In this document: positions 27,918 through 37,039 of the stretch, in pieces
How positions within the stretch are numbered: the stretch's first letter is position 1
Layout of the letters: each line of letters starts with the position of its first letter
Assembly (NCBI GenBank): GCA_016192835.1
Contig: JACPTJ010000236.1
Coordinates: forward strand, 1 to 44,943
Direction of reading: 5' to 3'
DNA length: 44,943 nucleotides
Source of the DNA: Betaproteobacteria bacterium
GTDB taxonomy: Bacteria; Pseudomonadota; Gammaproteobacteria; Burkholderiales; SG8-41
The notes under the pieces: generated by a model
Told to the model about the DNA's origin: nothing
What the model saw: the letters and a program-made list of their open reading frames with translations, nothing else
The model's database searches: none
Position numbers and translations under genes: made by a program

Positions 27918-29411
27918 CTAACGGCCAATCAACCGGCCTTCGGAGGCAGCAACGACGTCTGCCTGGGTCAGATCGAAGTCCAGGGGCTTGCCGGACAGGC
28001 GGGACCGGATTTCCAGCTGGCTCTGGTGGAATTTCACAGCTTCGGCCGGCAGGGGCAGATTGCCATGATCCAGGAACCGGATGGCCCCTTTCGCATCCCG
28101 GGCGGGCATCACCTTATTGGCAATGGGTAGCCAGCAGGAGAACGGGCAGTCCAGTACCCCGCTCTCAAACGCCTTGGCGGCGCCCACCACCACGTCACCG
28201 TCGCCCAGCTCGATGACCCGGTTCACAATGGCGCGTGTTTCAATCTCGATGTAGTGCATTTCCTCAGCGAGTTCGGGGGAGTCGGGAAATTTCTGGTTGC
28301 AGAGCATGGTGATTACGGCCTTCGTTGCGCGCAAGGCCTGTGCGTTGGCCTGGGCCGTCGGCAGGCCCGTGGCCTCCTGAACCGACTTCACGATGACCTG
28401 GGTGGCTCCCCCAAGAACGGCCGCCATGGAATTCCAGCAGATCAGTGCGTAGCTCCGAGCCGGGTCGTGGGGAAAGGCCCCTGTCCACTGGTAGAACGTG
28501 GTGGATACCGTCACATCCGCAAAGTCAAACCGTGCCATGTACTCGCCGGCCAGCCGTTTCAACACCCGGACACCTGCTACATCCTGGATCAGATTCCCGG
28601 TGGCGGTATACCCGGGGCTGACGAACTTGATTCCCTGGGCAGCCTGAATCAGACTGTCAATAATGATATAGGACAGGCAGATGCTGGGGGGAATGAGCGT
28701 GCCTGACAGGCCGCCGTACACTTCATGGTTGATCGGCCAACCGTGCTCCGTGTACCAGGCGCCCAGCCGGGCAACGTATTGCCAATTGCGAATCGAGTCG
28801 GCCAGCGCTACATTCTTGTGATGTGATGTCGGCATGATGATGCCGCCGCAGGGCACATCGGAGAAGCCGGAAGCCCAGGCGACCTCCATCACAAGACGGG
28901 AGTCTGCGGCGCCGGACCGCACGACAAGCGGGCGATCGACAGCCTCACGCACGCGCCGGCAACCCTGGATACCGTAGTTGGCGACCGGAAAGCCGTTGAT
29001 CATGTTGCTCCCCTCGCGCCGGCTCTCCTCGATGCCCAGTTCAGCCATTTGATAGTTATTCTCACGGGTATGGGTGTCAAGGTTGGTGGGCAGGGCATCG
29101 GCCTGTCCATCGTTTTGCACTTCCAGCAACACCTTGATCCATTCGTCAATGAGGGCGATGCCTGCTCTAGCAGCCTGTTTACGCGGTAAGTCCGACAGGC
29201 TGCCAGGCTGCATTACGGTCCGGCCCTCGGTCAGCGCCTGCTTTAGCACCCAGGCCTGATTCTGATGGGGTGGCAGCGTGCGCAAATAGGCGACGGCCTC
29301 GTCCAGGTGAACCTCCCGGCCAGTGGGCCACGTACCCAAGACTTCCCGCCGCATTGCCTGGAACTCTTCGTCCGACCAACGGTGCATTCTTAGGTCTGGC
29401 TGATCTTTCAT
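27918..29411 (-). CDS. Glutamate mutase E subunit-like protein, paralog B (divergent, with an insertion)
   Basis: 497 aa, collinear with GlmE: WPTG, QP[12-aa insert]RAGIAL, THTRE, INGFP, IQGCR, YQWTGAFPHDPARSY, IVKSVQEATGLPTAQAN and MPARD. The ATG overlaps the glmL stop (ATGA). Confidence 0.8.
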   Translation of the reverse strand: MKDQPDLRMHRWSDEEFQAMRREVLGTWPTGREVHLDEAVAYLRTLPPHQNQAWVLKQALTEGRTVMQPGSLSDLPRKQAARAGIALIDEWIKVLLEVQNDGQADALPTNLDTHTRENNYQMAELGIEESRREGSNMINGFPVANYGIQGCRRVREAVDRPLVVRSGAADSRLVMEVAWASGFSDVPCGGIIMPTSHHKNVALADSIRNWQYVARLGAWYTEHGWPINHEVYGGLSGTLIPPSICLSYIIIDSLIQAAQGIKFVSPGYTATGNLIQDVAGVRVLKRLAGEYMARFDFADVTVSTTFYQWTGAFPHDPARSYALICWNSMAAVLGGATQVIVKSVQEATGLPTAQANAQALRATKAVITMLCNQKFPDSPELAEEMHYIEIETRAIVNRVIELGDGDVVVGAAKAFESGVLDCPFSCWLPIANKVMPARDAKGAIRFLDHGNLPLPAEAVKFHQSQLEIRSRLSGKPLDFDLTQADVVAASEGRLIGR

Positions 29412-30802
29412 ATCTCCTCTAGATTCTCTCTAAGGACCGTGTACGCAACGTCCGGAAAGCGTTCAGCCAGGAGACCCATTCCGTACAGGATGTAGCGCCG
29501 GTCGATCCAGTACTGGGGATGCACGGGTTTGAGCTTCATCGGGTCTCCATGCGTGACCGACTCCAGCACCGCCTTGTATCCTTTGCCGTACGCAAAGATA
29601 CCGCCCGTTCCGACTACGGGCTTCAACTGCCGAAGGTCCTTGCCATACTGAACGAAGGTTTTCCCTTGCGCGGTCCACACTTCTTCCAGCATACCGCAAT
29701 GCCGATCGGTGGCGACAGCCACGGCCACTGCTGCCAAGGCCCTGTCAATGGCAAACTCCTGATCGGAGTCCGGCGTGGTGGCGGTATGGCGGACCCGGCG
29801 CTCCACGGCCAGCGCCAGCTCTTCGGGTGGCAGCGAAATGTCCTTGAACAGCCCGTAAGCTCTCCCGACCTCCAGAATGGTCTGGGCGTTGATGCGCAGG
29901 CCCAAGTCGCCTTCAACGGTACGCTTGACCCGTGGTTCCGGCAGGCCCTTGAGCGCGACTCCAGGCGTAGTCGGCGTCCCGACGGCTACGGTGTGAACGT
30001 CGGTGGTGGCGCCCCCCACATCCACCACCATGGTCTCGCCCAGTCCGCTTGCTCCGGGCGGACCGTCCGCCAACAGTTGGGTGGCCCGCAACACCGCCAT
30101 GGGGGTTGGCATGATGATGTCCTCAACCAGCTCGCGAGCCCGGTCTAACCCCTTGGCGTGAACGATGCGTTCAATAAACAGCTGGCGAATAAGGTCGCGG
30201 GCTGGTTCCACGTTCAAGCGATCCAATTCCGACAGCACATTCTCGGTCAGCCGGGCATCAATGCCGGCGGCGAGCAGAAGATCTACCGCTTCCGGACCTA
30301 CACTCTTGTTCCCCGCTACCACCACGGGAGTCTGCAGACCGGCCGCGGCCATGCTGCGCGCGTTTGACAATATCGTATCGGTATCGCCGCCGTCCGTCCC
30401 GCCCGCCAACAGGATCACGTCCGGGGCCAGGTTTTTCAACTCCGCGATTTCCGTCCGGCTCATCTTATAACCGAAGGCCTTGATCACCTTGGCGCCGGCC
30501 CCCAGCGCTGCCCGGCGCGCCGCCTCAACCGTGAGGGAGGGTACCAGACCCACCGCGACCATGCGCAGTCCGCCGGCAGCACTGCTGCATCCCAGCATAA
30601 GGGCCGCGGAGGGGATATCGATGCCCTGACCGCTTAATCGCCCAAGCGCCTGATGCAGCCCGATCGTAACGTCGGAATCAACTGTTGACGGGGCCTGGGC
30701 CGTGCCCAAGAGCCGGCGCCCGGCAAGGTCCACCGCAATGACTTTGGTAAAGGTGCTGCCGAAATCCACCAGGACCGCCAGCTTCACTTTGCTGGTGCTC
30801 AA
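29408..30802 (-). CDS. glmL: Glutamate mutase accessory protein GlmL/MutL-like (ASKHA-fold chaperone/reactivase)
   Basis: 464 aa with LVDFGSTFTKV, LLAGGTDGGD and VVDVGGATTDVH ATPase motifs. The TTG start at 30802 overlaps the glmS stop (TTGA). GTG 30787 is an alternative start. Confidence 0.8.
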   Translation of the reverse strand: MSTSKVKLAVLVDFGSTFTKVIAVDLAGRRLLGTAQAPSTVDSDVTIGLHQALGRLSGQGIDIPSAALMLGCSSAAGGLRMVAVGLVPSLTVEAARRAALGAGAKVIKAFGYKMSRTEIAELKNLAPDVILLAGGTDGGDTDTILSNARSMAAAGLQTPVVVAGNKSVGPEAVDLLLAAGIDARLTENVLSELDRLNVEPARDLIRQLFIERIVHAKGLDRARELVEDIIMPTPMAVLRATQLLADGPPGASGLGETMVVDVGGATTDVHTVAVGTPTTPGVALKGLPEPRVKRTVEGDLGLRINAQTILEVGRAYGLFKDISLPPEELALAVERRVRHTATTPDSDQEFAIDRALAAVAVAVATDRHCGMLEEVWTAQGKTFVQYGKDLRQLKPVVGTGGIFAYGKGYKAVLESVTHGDPMKLKPVHPQYWIDRRYILYGMGLLAERFPDVAYTVLRENLEEI

Positions 30803-31212
30803 ATGCGGAGGTCGGCGCGCAAATCCCGAATGACCTGGTCAGGCATGGTACCGGGGGGATATGCACGGTCAAATCCCATGTTCAGGAACGTTCTTTCCAC
30901 CAGTTCCCAATCCTGCCTGCCCACCATCAGGTTGCCTCCGCAATACATCAGAATGTCGTGCAAACCGGCTTCGCGGCATTTGTCCCGGAAACCCCGGCAG
31001 TCAATCTCGCCATGCCCGTACAGGGAAGACACCAGGATGGCGCGTGCGGCCGTCTCTTGAACTGCATGGATGAAGTCTGCCTGGGATACGAAGATTCCCA
31101 GGGTCACCACGTTGAACCCGGCCTCGCGCAGAGCATAGGCCAGGATTGAGTTGCCAATGATGTGCACGTCGGCTCCGAGAACCCCGGTAACGATCGATAT
31201 CTGTTCTCTCAT
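30799..31212 (-). CDS. glmS: Glutamate mutase S (sigma) subunit-like B12-binding protein
   Basis: 137 aa from ATG 31212. It has GADVHIIGN (DxHxxG base-off/His-on motif), VSSLYGHGEIDC (SxL) and YCGGNL (GG). It is collinear with clostridial MutS/GlmS. Confidence 0.85.
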   Translation of the reverse strand: MREQISIVTGVLGADVHIIGNSILAYALREAGFNVVTLGIFVSQADFIHAVQETAARAILVSSLYGHGEIDCRGFRDKCREAGLHDILMYCGGNLMVGRQDWELVERTFLNMGFDRAYPPGTMPDQVIRDLRADLRI

Positions 31213-31630
31213 GGGTGGACCACTGCATACGCTTCCTGCCATTCAACCTGAATTTCCTGAAAATCCACAGTATCGATTTCCCTTGAAAACAAGCAGAAGC
31301 CCAATCGAGGCTCATCCATCGCCGCCTCCAGCCGTCGATTATCGCTTTGCGCTTCACAATCCCATCTTGCTGGGCGCGCTTTCCAAAAAATTATTTTCCG
31401 TCGTCAACTGGCCGACGATGGGGTCAGCGCTGGTTCCTCTTGGCGCGTCAGGTCGAATACAAGTACCCTAAGCTGCCTCCCCGCTTTTCCTGAAGATTCT
31501 AGTTCGGCGGGTTGCCAACCGTCAATGGAACGAAATCGCCGGTAGTGGGTCAGTCAGAGCGGCCCAATGCCATGTAACATAGAAAATATCCGGGCCGCGC
31601 GCATCATTCGCCAACCGGAAAGGAAACCCA

Positions 31631-33151
31631 ATGGTGGGACACCGCATACGAGTCTACAAAAGCGCAGAGACCCCGCCTCGTTCCGAGTTGCTCGCCTGGA
31701 AGATCGCTGTCGTCGCTGCTGATGAGGCAGCTGTCGATCCGGACGTCGCCGCGATGATCATCAATCGCATCATCGATAACGCCGGTGTCGCGGTTGCGGG
31801 CCTGGCGCGCCATCCGGTTGCGAACGCCCGTGCGCAAGCGCTTGCGCATCCGCATGGGGGCGGAGCAACAGTCTTCGGCATGCCTCGCACCGAGCGCGTT
31901 GCCTGTGAATGGGCTGCGTGGGCGAACGCTTCGGCAGTCAGGGAGCTTGATTTCCACGACACCTTCCTCGCCATGGACATGAATCATCCGGGTGACATGA
32001 TCCCCGCCATCGTCGCGGTCGGTCAGCAGTGTGGGGCGAATGGACGAGACCTCGTCCGCGGCATTGCGACCGCGTACGAGATTGATGTGTGCCTGGCGAA
32101 GAGCATCTGCCTTCACGAGCATCGGATAGACCATTTGCCGCACATCGCGGCCGGGATGGTTGCCGGAATCGGTACGATGCTGAGACTGCCAGTCGAGGTG
32201 ATTTACCAAGCGGTGAACCACATCGTGCACGTCACGATAACCACCCGGCAATCGCGTAAGGGCGAGATTTCGACGTGGAAAGCGCACGCTCCCGCCCACG
32301 CCGCGAAGCTTGCGGTCGAGGCTGTGGACCGGGCGATGCGAGGCGAGACTTCGCCCTCGCCAATTTACGAGGGCGACGACAGTATCATCGCCTGGCTGCT
32401 GGATGGTCCCGGTGCCGAATATACGGTGCCCCTGCCGGAGCCGGGTGAGCCGAAGCGCGGTATCCTCGAGACTTACACGAAAGCCTATTCCGCGGAAATT
32501 CACTCACAAGCGCTGATCGATCTCGCGTTCCGCATGCGCTCACGTATCGCTGACTTGTCAAGGATCGCACAGATCGTGATCCATGCGAGCCGCTACACGC
32601 ATCGCATCATTGGGACCGGATCAGGCGATCCTCAGAAATTCGATCCGGGAGCGACTCGGGAAACACTCGATCATAGCGTCATGTATATTTTTGCGGTCGC
32701 TCTCGAGGACGGCGTATGGCACCACATCGACAGTTACCTGCCGACACGTGCTGCCCGTTTGTCGACGGTTCGGCTTTGGAAACGCATTCGGACAATTGAG
32801 GATCCCGAGTGGACACGCCGCTATCATGCTCAAGAGCCGAGCCAGAGGGCGCTGGGCGCGAAGGTCGTGGTAACCATGGAAGACGGCACCAAAATCGAAG
32901 ACGAGATTGCGTTTGCGGATGCACACTCATATGGCGCCAAGCCTTTCAGGCGGGATGACTACATCGGCAAGTTCCACGCGCTCGCTTCGGACTGCGCCGA
33001 AAGCACAGAACGTGAACGGTTTCTGGCGGCGGCGCTTGCGGCGCCCACAATGCCGTCGGGAGCACTGCAGGAGCTCACGGTTGAAGTGCCGCCCGACGCG
33101 CGCAGATGCGAAGGTCTGCGCCCGGGACTATTTGAGCGGTCCGCGGATTGA
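31631..33151 (+). CDS. prpD: 2-methylcitrate dehydratase-like (PrpD subfamily of MmgE/PrpD), paralog 3
   Basis: 506 aa. AAGGAAA lies upstream of the ATG. RELDFHDTFLAMDMNHPGD, YSAEIHSQALIDLA and TLDHSVMYIFAVAL parallel E. coli PrpD blocks (from memory). Confidence 0.8.
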   Translation: MVGHRIRVYKSAETPPRSELLAWKIAVVAADEAAVDPDVAAMIINRIIDNAGVAVAGLARHPVANARAQALAHPHGGGATVFGMPRTERVACEWAAWANASAVRELDFHDTFLAMDMNHPGDMIPAIVAVGQQCGANGRDLVRGIATAYEIDVCLAKSICLHEHRIDHLPHIAAGMVAGIGTMLRLPVEVIYQAVNHIVHVTITTRQSRKGEISTWKAHAPAHAAKLAVEAVDRAMRGETSPSPIYEGDDSIIAWLLDGPGAEYTVPLPEPGEPKRGILETYTKAYSAEIHSQALIDLAFRMRSRIADLSRIAQIVIHASRYTHRIIGTGSGDPQKFDPGATRETLDHSVMYIFAVALEDGVWHHIDSYLPTRAARLSTVRLWKRIRTIEDPEWTRRYHAQEPSQRALGAKVVVTMEDGTKIEDEIAFADAHSYGAKPFRRDDYIGKFHALASDCAESTERERFLAAALAAPTMPSGALQELTVEVPPDARRCEGLRPGLFERSAD

Positions 33152-33233
33152 GTCGATAAAGGAGAAAGCAACATGAGTCAAGGGCGGCCGGAAACGTGCC
33201 TTCCGAAAGACGGTGATCTTCAAGGGGAAGAAG

Positions 33234-34397
33234 ATGGGAGCGGAAATGGCGGAAGAATTTCGCATGATTCAGGATCTCGTTGCCAAGTTTGTCGACAACG
33301 AACTCATGCCATTGGAACCCGCCGTATTGGCGCGGGAGATCAAGGGGGAGAAGCTCGCCCTGACGAAGGAGGAGGAGGGGCCCCTCCTGAGGAAATGCAA
33401 GGAGCTGGGTCTCTGGGGTCTGGATGCGCCGCCAGAGCTCGGCGGCATGAACCTTCCGGCAACCGTCTGGATGGCCATCAACGAGGAGTTGGGTCGTACG
33501 GTGACGCCGTTTGTCTTTCCCCCGGATTCACCCAATCTGCATATGCTGCTCGCAACGGTAGACGACAACCAGCGACGAAAGTACCTCGAACCCTACGCGA
33601 GAGGTGATGCGACAGGTGCGATTGCGATCTCCGAGCCCGGCGCTGGAGGAGATCCGGCGGGCATGACGACTCGCGCCGAAAAGGATGACGGCGGCTGGGT
33701 CATCAACGGTCGAAAGATCTGGATCAGCCGTGTCGCCGCCGCCGATTTCACTATCGTGATGGCGCGCATCGGCTCGGGCAAGCGACACGAAGGTATCACC
33801 GCATTCATCGTGGAGAAGGGGACGCCCGGATTCGAGATCGTCCGCGAGATCCCGATGCTGGCCGGTCACCGGACGTATGAGGTCGTGTTCGAGAATTGCC
33901 GTGTTCCGGAAGCCCAGCTTCTGGGTCGCGTGGGTGCCGGTTTCGCACCGATGCAGCTTCGCCTGGTCGTGCGGCGGCTACAGATCGGGGCATGGTGCCT
34001 GGGGATGTCGCGCCGCGCCTTGGACATGATGTGCTCGCACGCGAAACTGCGAGTGACCTTCGGTGTGCCGCTTGCCGATCGCCAGGCCATCCAATGGTGG
34101 ATCGCGGACGCCGCAACCAAGATGCACGCCTGCCGCCTGATGTTGCTCGATGCGGCGACAAAGCAGGAACAAAAGCAGGACGTCCGGACCGAGGCCTCGA
34201 TGATCAAGGTCTATGCCACGGAGATGGCGACCGAAATCATCGATCATGCGATGCAAACCCTGGGAGCGATGGGCGTCACCAAAGAGTTGCCGTTGCATCT
34301 GATGGCTCAGAAGGTCCGCGTCATGCGCGTATACGAAGGGCCGACCGAAATCCACCGGATGGTGATAGCGCGCAGCGTACTGAAGGGCGCGCGTTGA
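33234..34397 (+). CDS. Acyl-CoA dehydrogenase
   Basis: It has AISEPGAGGDPAGM, WISRVAAADF and the C-terminal YEGPTEIHRMVIARSVL (catalytic Glu of the YEG motif). The start is ATG 33234, with GTG 33213 possible. Confidence 0.85.
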   Translation: MGAEMAEEFRMIQDLVAKFVDNELMPLEPAVLAREIKGEKLALTKEEEGPLLRKCKELGLWGLDAPPELGGMNLPATVWMAINEELGRTVTPFVFPPDSPNLHMLLATVDDNQRRKYLEPYARGDATGAIAISEPGAGGDPAGMTTRAEKDDGGWVINGRKIWISRVAAADFTIVMARIGSGKRHEGITAFIVEKGTPGFEIVREIPMLAGHRTYEVVFENCRVPEAQLLGRVGAGFAPMQLRLVVRRLQIGAWCLGMSRRALDMMCSHAKLRVTFGVPLADRQAIQWWIADAATKMHACRLMLLDAATKQEQKQDVRTEASMIKVYATEMATEIIDHAMQTLGAMGVTKELPLHLMAQKVRVMRVYEGPTEIHRMVIARSVLKGAR

Positions 34398-34599
34398 TTG
34401 CGTTCGCGCCATTTTGATGTAACCGGCATTGCCAATCGGCCGAGCGCAGGCGTAACATGCTTCCCGGCGCAATGCTCGGCAGCGCTGAATCAGCGCCAAA
34501 CCGTCGCCATCGGCCAGACGCGCGAAAAGAGCAGGATTGAATTCATCCGCAATTTTTGCGCCCGCCAATCTCGAATCGCCACTACCAAAGGGAGTTGGA

Positions 34600-36280
34600 A
34601 TGCCTGCTGTCAATAACGATGGATACTACGAAGTGTTCTGGCCGCGCAGTCCGCGGCAAGCTAATCTGAAGCCGGTTGCGAAACGGCTCGATACCCTGGA
34701 AGGCAAGACGGTTGCACAGCTTTGGGATTTTCTGTTCCGGGGCGACGAAGTGTTCGCACTGTTGGAAGAAGGTCTGAGAGCGCGCTATCCTGGCGTGCGT
34801 TTCGTAAGCTGGCGCGATTTCGGCAACACCCATGGTCGCGATGAACGGGAAGTACTCGCCCGGTTGCCGCAGCGCTTGAAGGAACTGGGGGTTGACGCCG
34901 TTATCTGCGGGATGGCGTGTTGAGGGAGCTGCACGCCCGCCGTGTTGCGGGCGAGTGCAGTCTGCGAGGAAGCCGGCTACCCGACGTCATCGCTCACGTG
35001 CGAAGGTTTTCTGCGGCAGGCGGTCGCGATATCCGTCGGCCTCGGCATGCCGAATATTCCGGTTGCGTTGGTACCGGGCCACGTTGGCACGCAGAGCAAG
35101 GACGAGCTACGGCGCAATATACTTGAGGTCACCGCCGAAAGGGTCATCGAGAACCTGACCCGCACGCTGGCGGCGGGCAGCGGTAACGCGGAGCCCGGAG
35201 CACGCGACATCATCTTCAAAGGCGGCTTCAAGGCGGTGAACCGCCACTTCTATGAGAAGGAGTTGAGCGACGGGCTGCCTGTCGTTCCCCCGACGCAGGA
35301 GGATGTCGAGGCCTTCCTGCGCTTCACCGACCGCGACTCCAACGAGGTGCTGGGCACCATCCTTCCCGACCAACGCGCGGCGACGATCTGGAGCATCGCG
35401 GTAAACGGTGTCATGGCCGGATGCCGCCCGGAATACATGCCGATTCTGGTCGCACTCGTCGAAGCGATGGCCGATCCCGCCTACGGCGTCGAGCACAGCG
35501 GCAATACCCCCGGGAGTGATACGCTCATTATCCTGAACGGACCCATCATCGGGCAACTGGGCTTTAACTACACGCAAGGCGCGTTGCGTGACGGATTCAT
35601 GCCGAACACTTCGATCGGGCGGTTCTGGCGGCTTTACCTGCGCAATGTAGCCGGCTTCCTGCCACGCAAGAACGACAAGGCGACTTTCGGCAATACCTGG
35701 CGGGTGGTGCTCGCGGAGAATGAAGACGTTCTGAAGAAGATCGGCTGGGAACCCAACAGCGTCGAAATGGGATTTAGCGCGGGCGAGAATACGGTGACCA
35801 TCGGGCGCTACACGGGAGGCGGCTCGTTTTCTTCCGTTTCGGGGAGTACGCCGGAGCAGATGCTGCCTTATCTTGTCGATTCGGTGCTCAAGTACCACAC
35901 GTGGCAACTCTTGTTCACTGTGAGCGTCGGCAGCGGGTCGCTACGCCCCCTGCTGGTGATAACCCCGCTCATCGCCGAGACCATTGCGAAAGCGGGGTGG
36001 TCGAAGGCGGACGTGAAGCGCTATCTCTATGAACATGCACGATTGCCGGCATGGGAGTTCGAGCGTTATCTGCGCGACTGGACTATCAGGGGTGTGTGGA
36101 ACCTCGAGGAGGAGGTACGGTTGGGGCGCATGCCTAAGATTGCGCAACAATGCGTATGTGTTTGCGCACAACGGCTTTCTCGGCTATCCGGTGGGCAAGC
36201 GCATCGAACTGCCGCGGGATTGGCAACAGAAACTGGCCGCTCTCGAGTCCTGACGCCAAGACTGTTGTTGGCGCCAGAGG

Positions 36281-36297
<17 letters not shown>
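34600..36297 (+). CDS. UGSC-type selenoprotein (GrdB-like U-x-x-C domain) fused to a ~370-aa uncharacterised domain. It contains in-frame UGA=Sec, and its 3' end is probably frameshifted.
   Basis: ORFs 34537..34923 and 34942..36297 share one frame and are separated only by TGA plus 6 sense codons. Read-through gives ...VDAVICGMAC-U-GSCTPAVL.... GGGAG lies 5 nt upstream of ATG 34600. The conserved C-terminus (KRIELPRDW) sits in the +1 frame ending at 36253. Confidence 0.7.
34921..34923 (+). other. In-frame UGA proposed to encode selenocysteine (the U of C-U-G-S-C)
   Basis: The same frame continues on both sides. The codon sits in a U-x-x-C redox-type motif, and a hairpin starts 5 nt downstream. 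Confidence 0.7.
34929..34960 (+). promoter_or_regulatory. SECIS-like recoding hairpin
   Basis: CTGCACGCCCGC (34929-34940) pairs with GCGGGC (34947-34952) and GTGCAG (34955-34960). That is 12 Watson-Crick pairs with a 2-nt GA bulge and a CGUGUU loop, with loop G/U 19-22 nt after the UGA. Confidence 0.65.

Positions 36298-37038
<741 letters not shown>

Positions 37039-37039
<1 letters not shown>

Noticed and set aside
31243-31630. A cobalamin riboswitch upstream of the B12-dependent mutase operon (either strand).
   Set aside because: I could not find the conserved B12-box (GCCACTG-like) or the GGTG..AA.TCC / GC.G.CCC core on either strand. B12 riboswitches normally control B12 supply genes or B12-independent isozymes, not B12-dependent enzymes. 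A covariance-model scan (Rfam RF00174) would settle it.
33373-33388. A perfect 16-bp palindrome AGGAGGGGCCCCTCCT inside the acyl-CoA dehydrogenase gene.
   Set aside because: About one perfect 16-bp palindrome is expected by chance in 45 kb. It encodes an ordinary EEEGPLL segment and has no partner copies in the window.
33173-33607. A 144-aa ORF with a strong AAAGGAG Shine-Dalgarno 8 nt upstream of ATG 33173.
   Set aside because: Its translation (MSQGRPETCLPKDGDLQGEEDGSGNGG...) has no domain features and is out of frame over the well-supported acyl-CoA dehydrogenase gene. The SD may still serve a short leader or be fortuitous.
36120-36150. Programmed +1 ribosomal frameshift as the explanation for the frame switch near the 3' end of the selenoprotein gene.
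   Set aside because: I found no slippery heptamer or obvious stimulatory structure. About 27 residues are missing relative to the paralog at this exact point, which fits a deletion or indel better.
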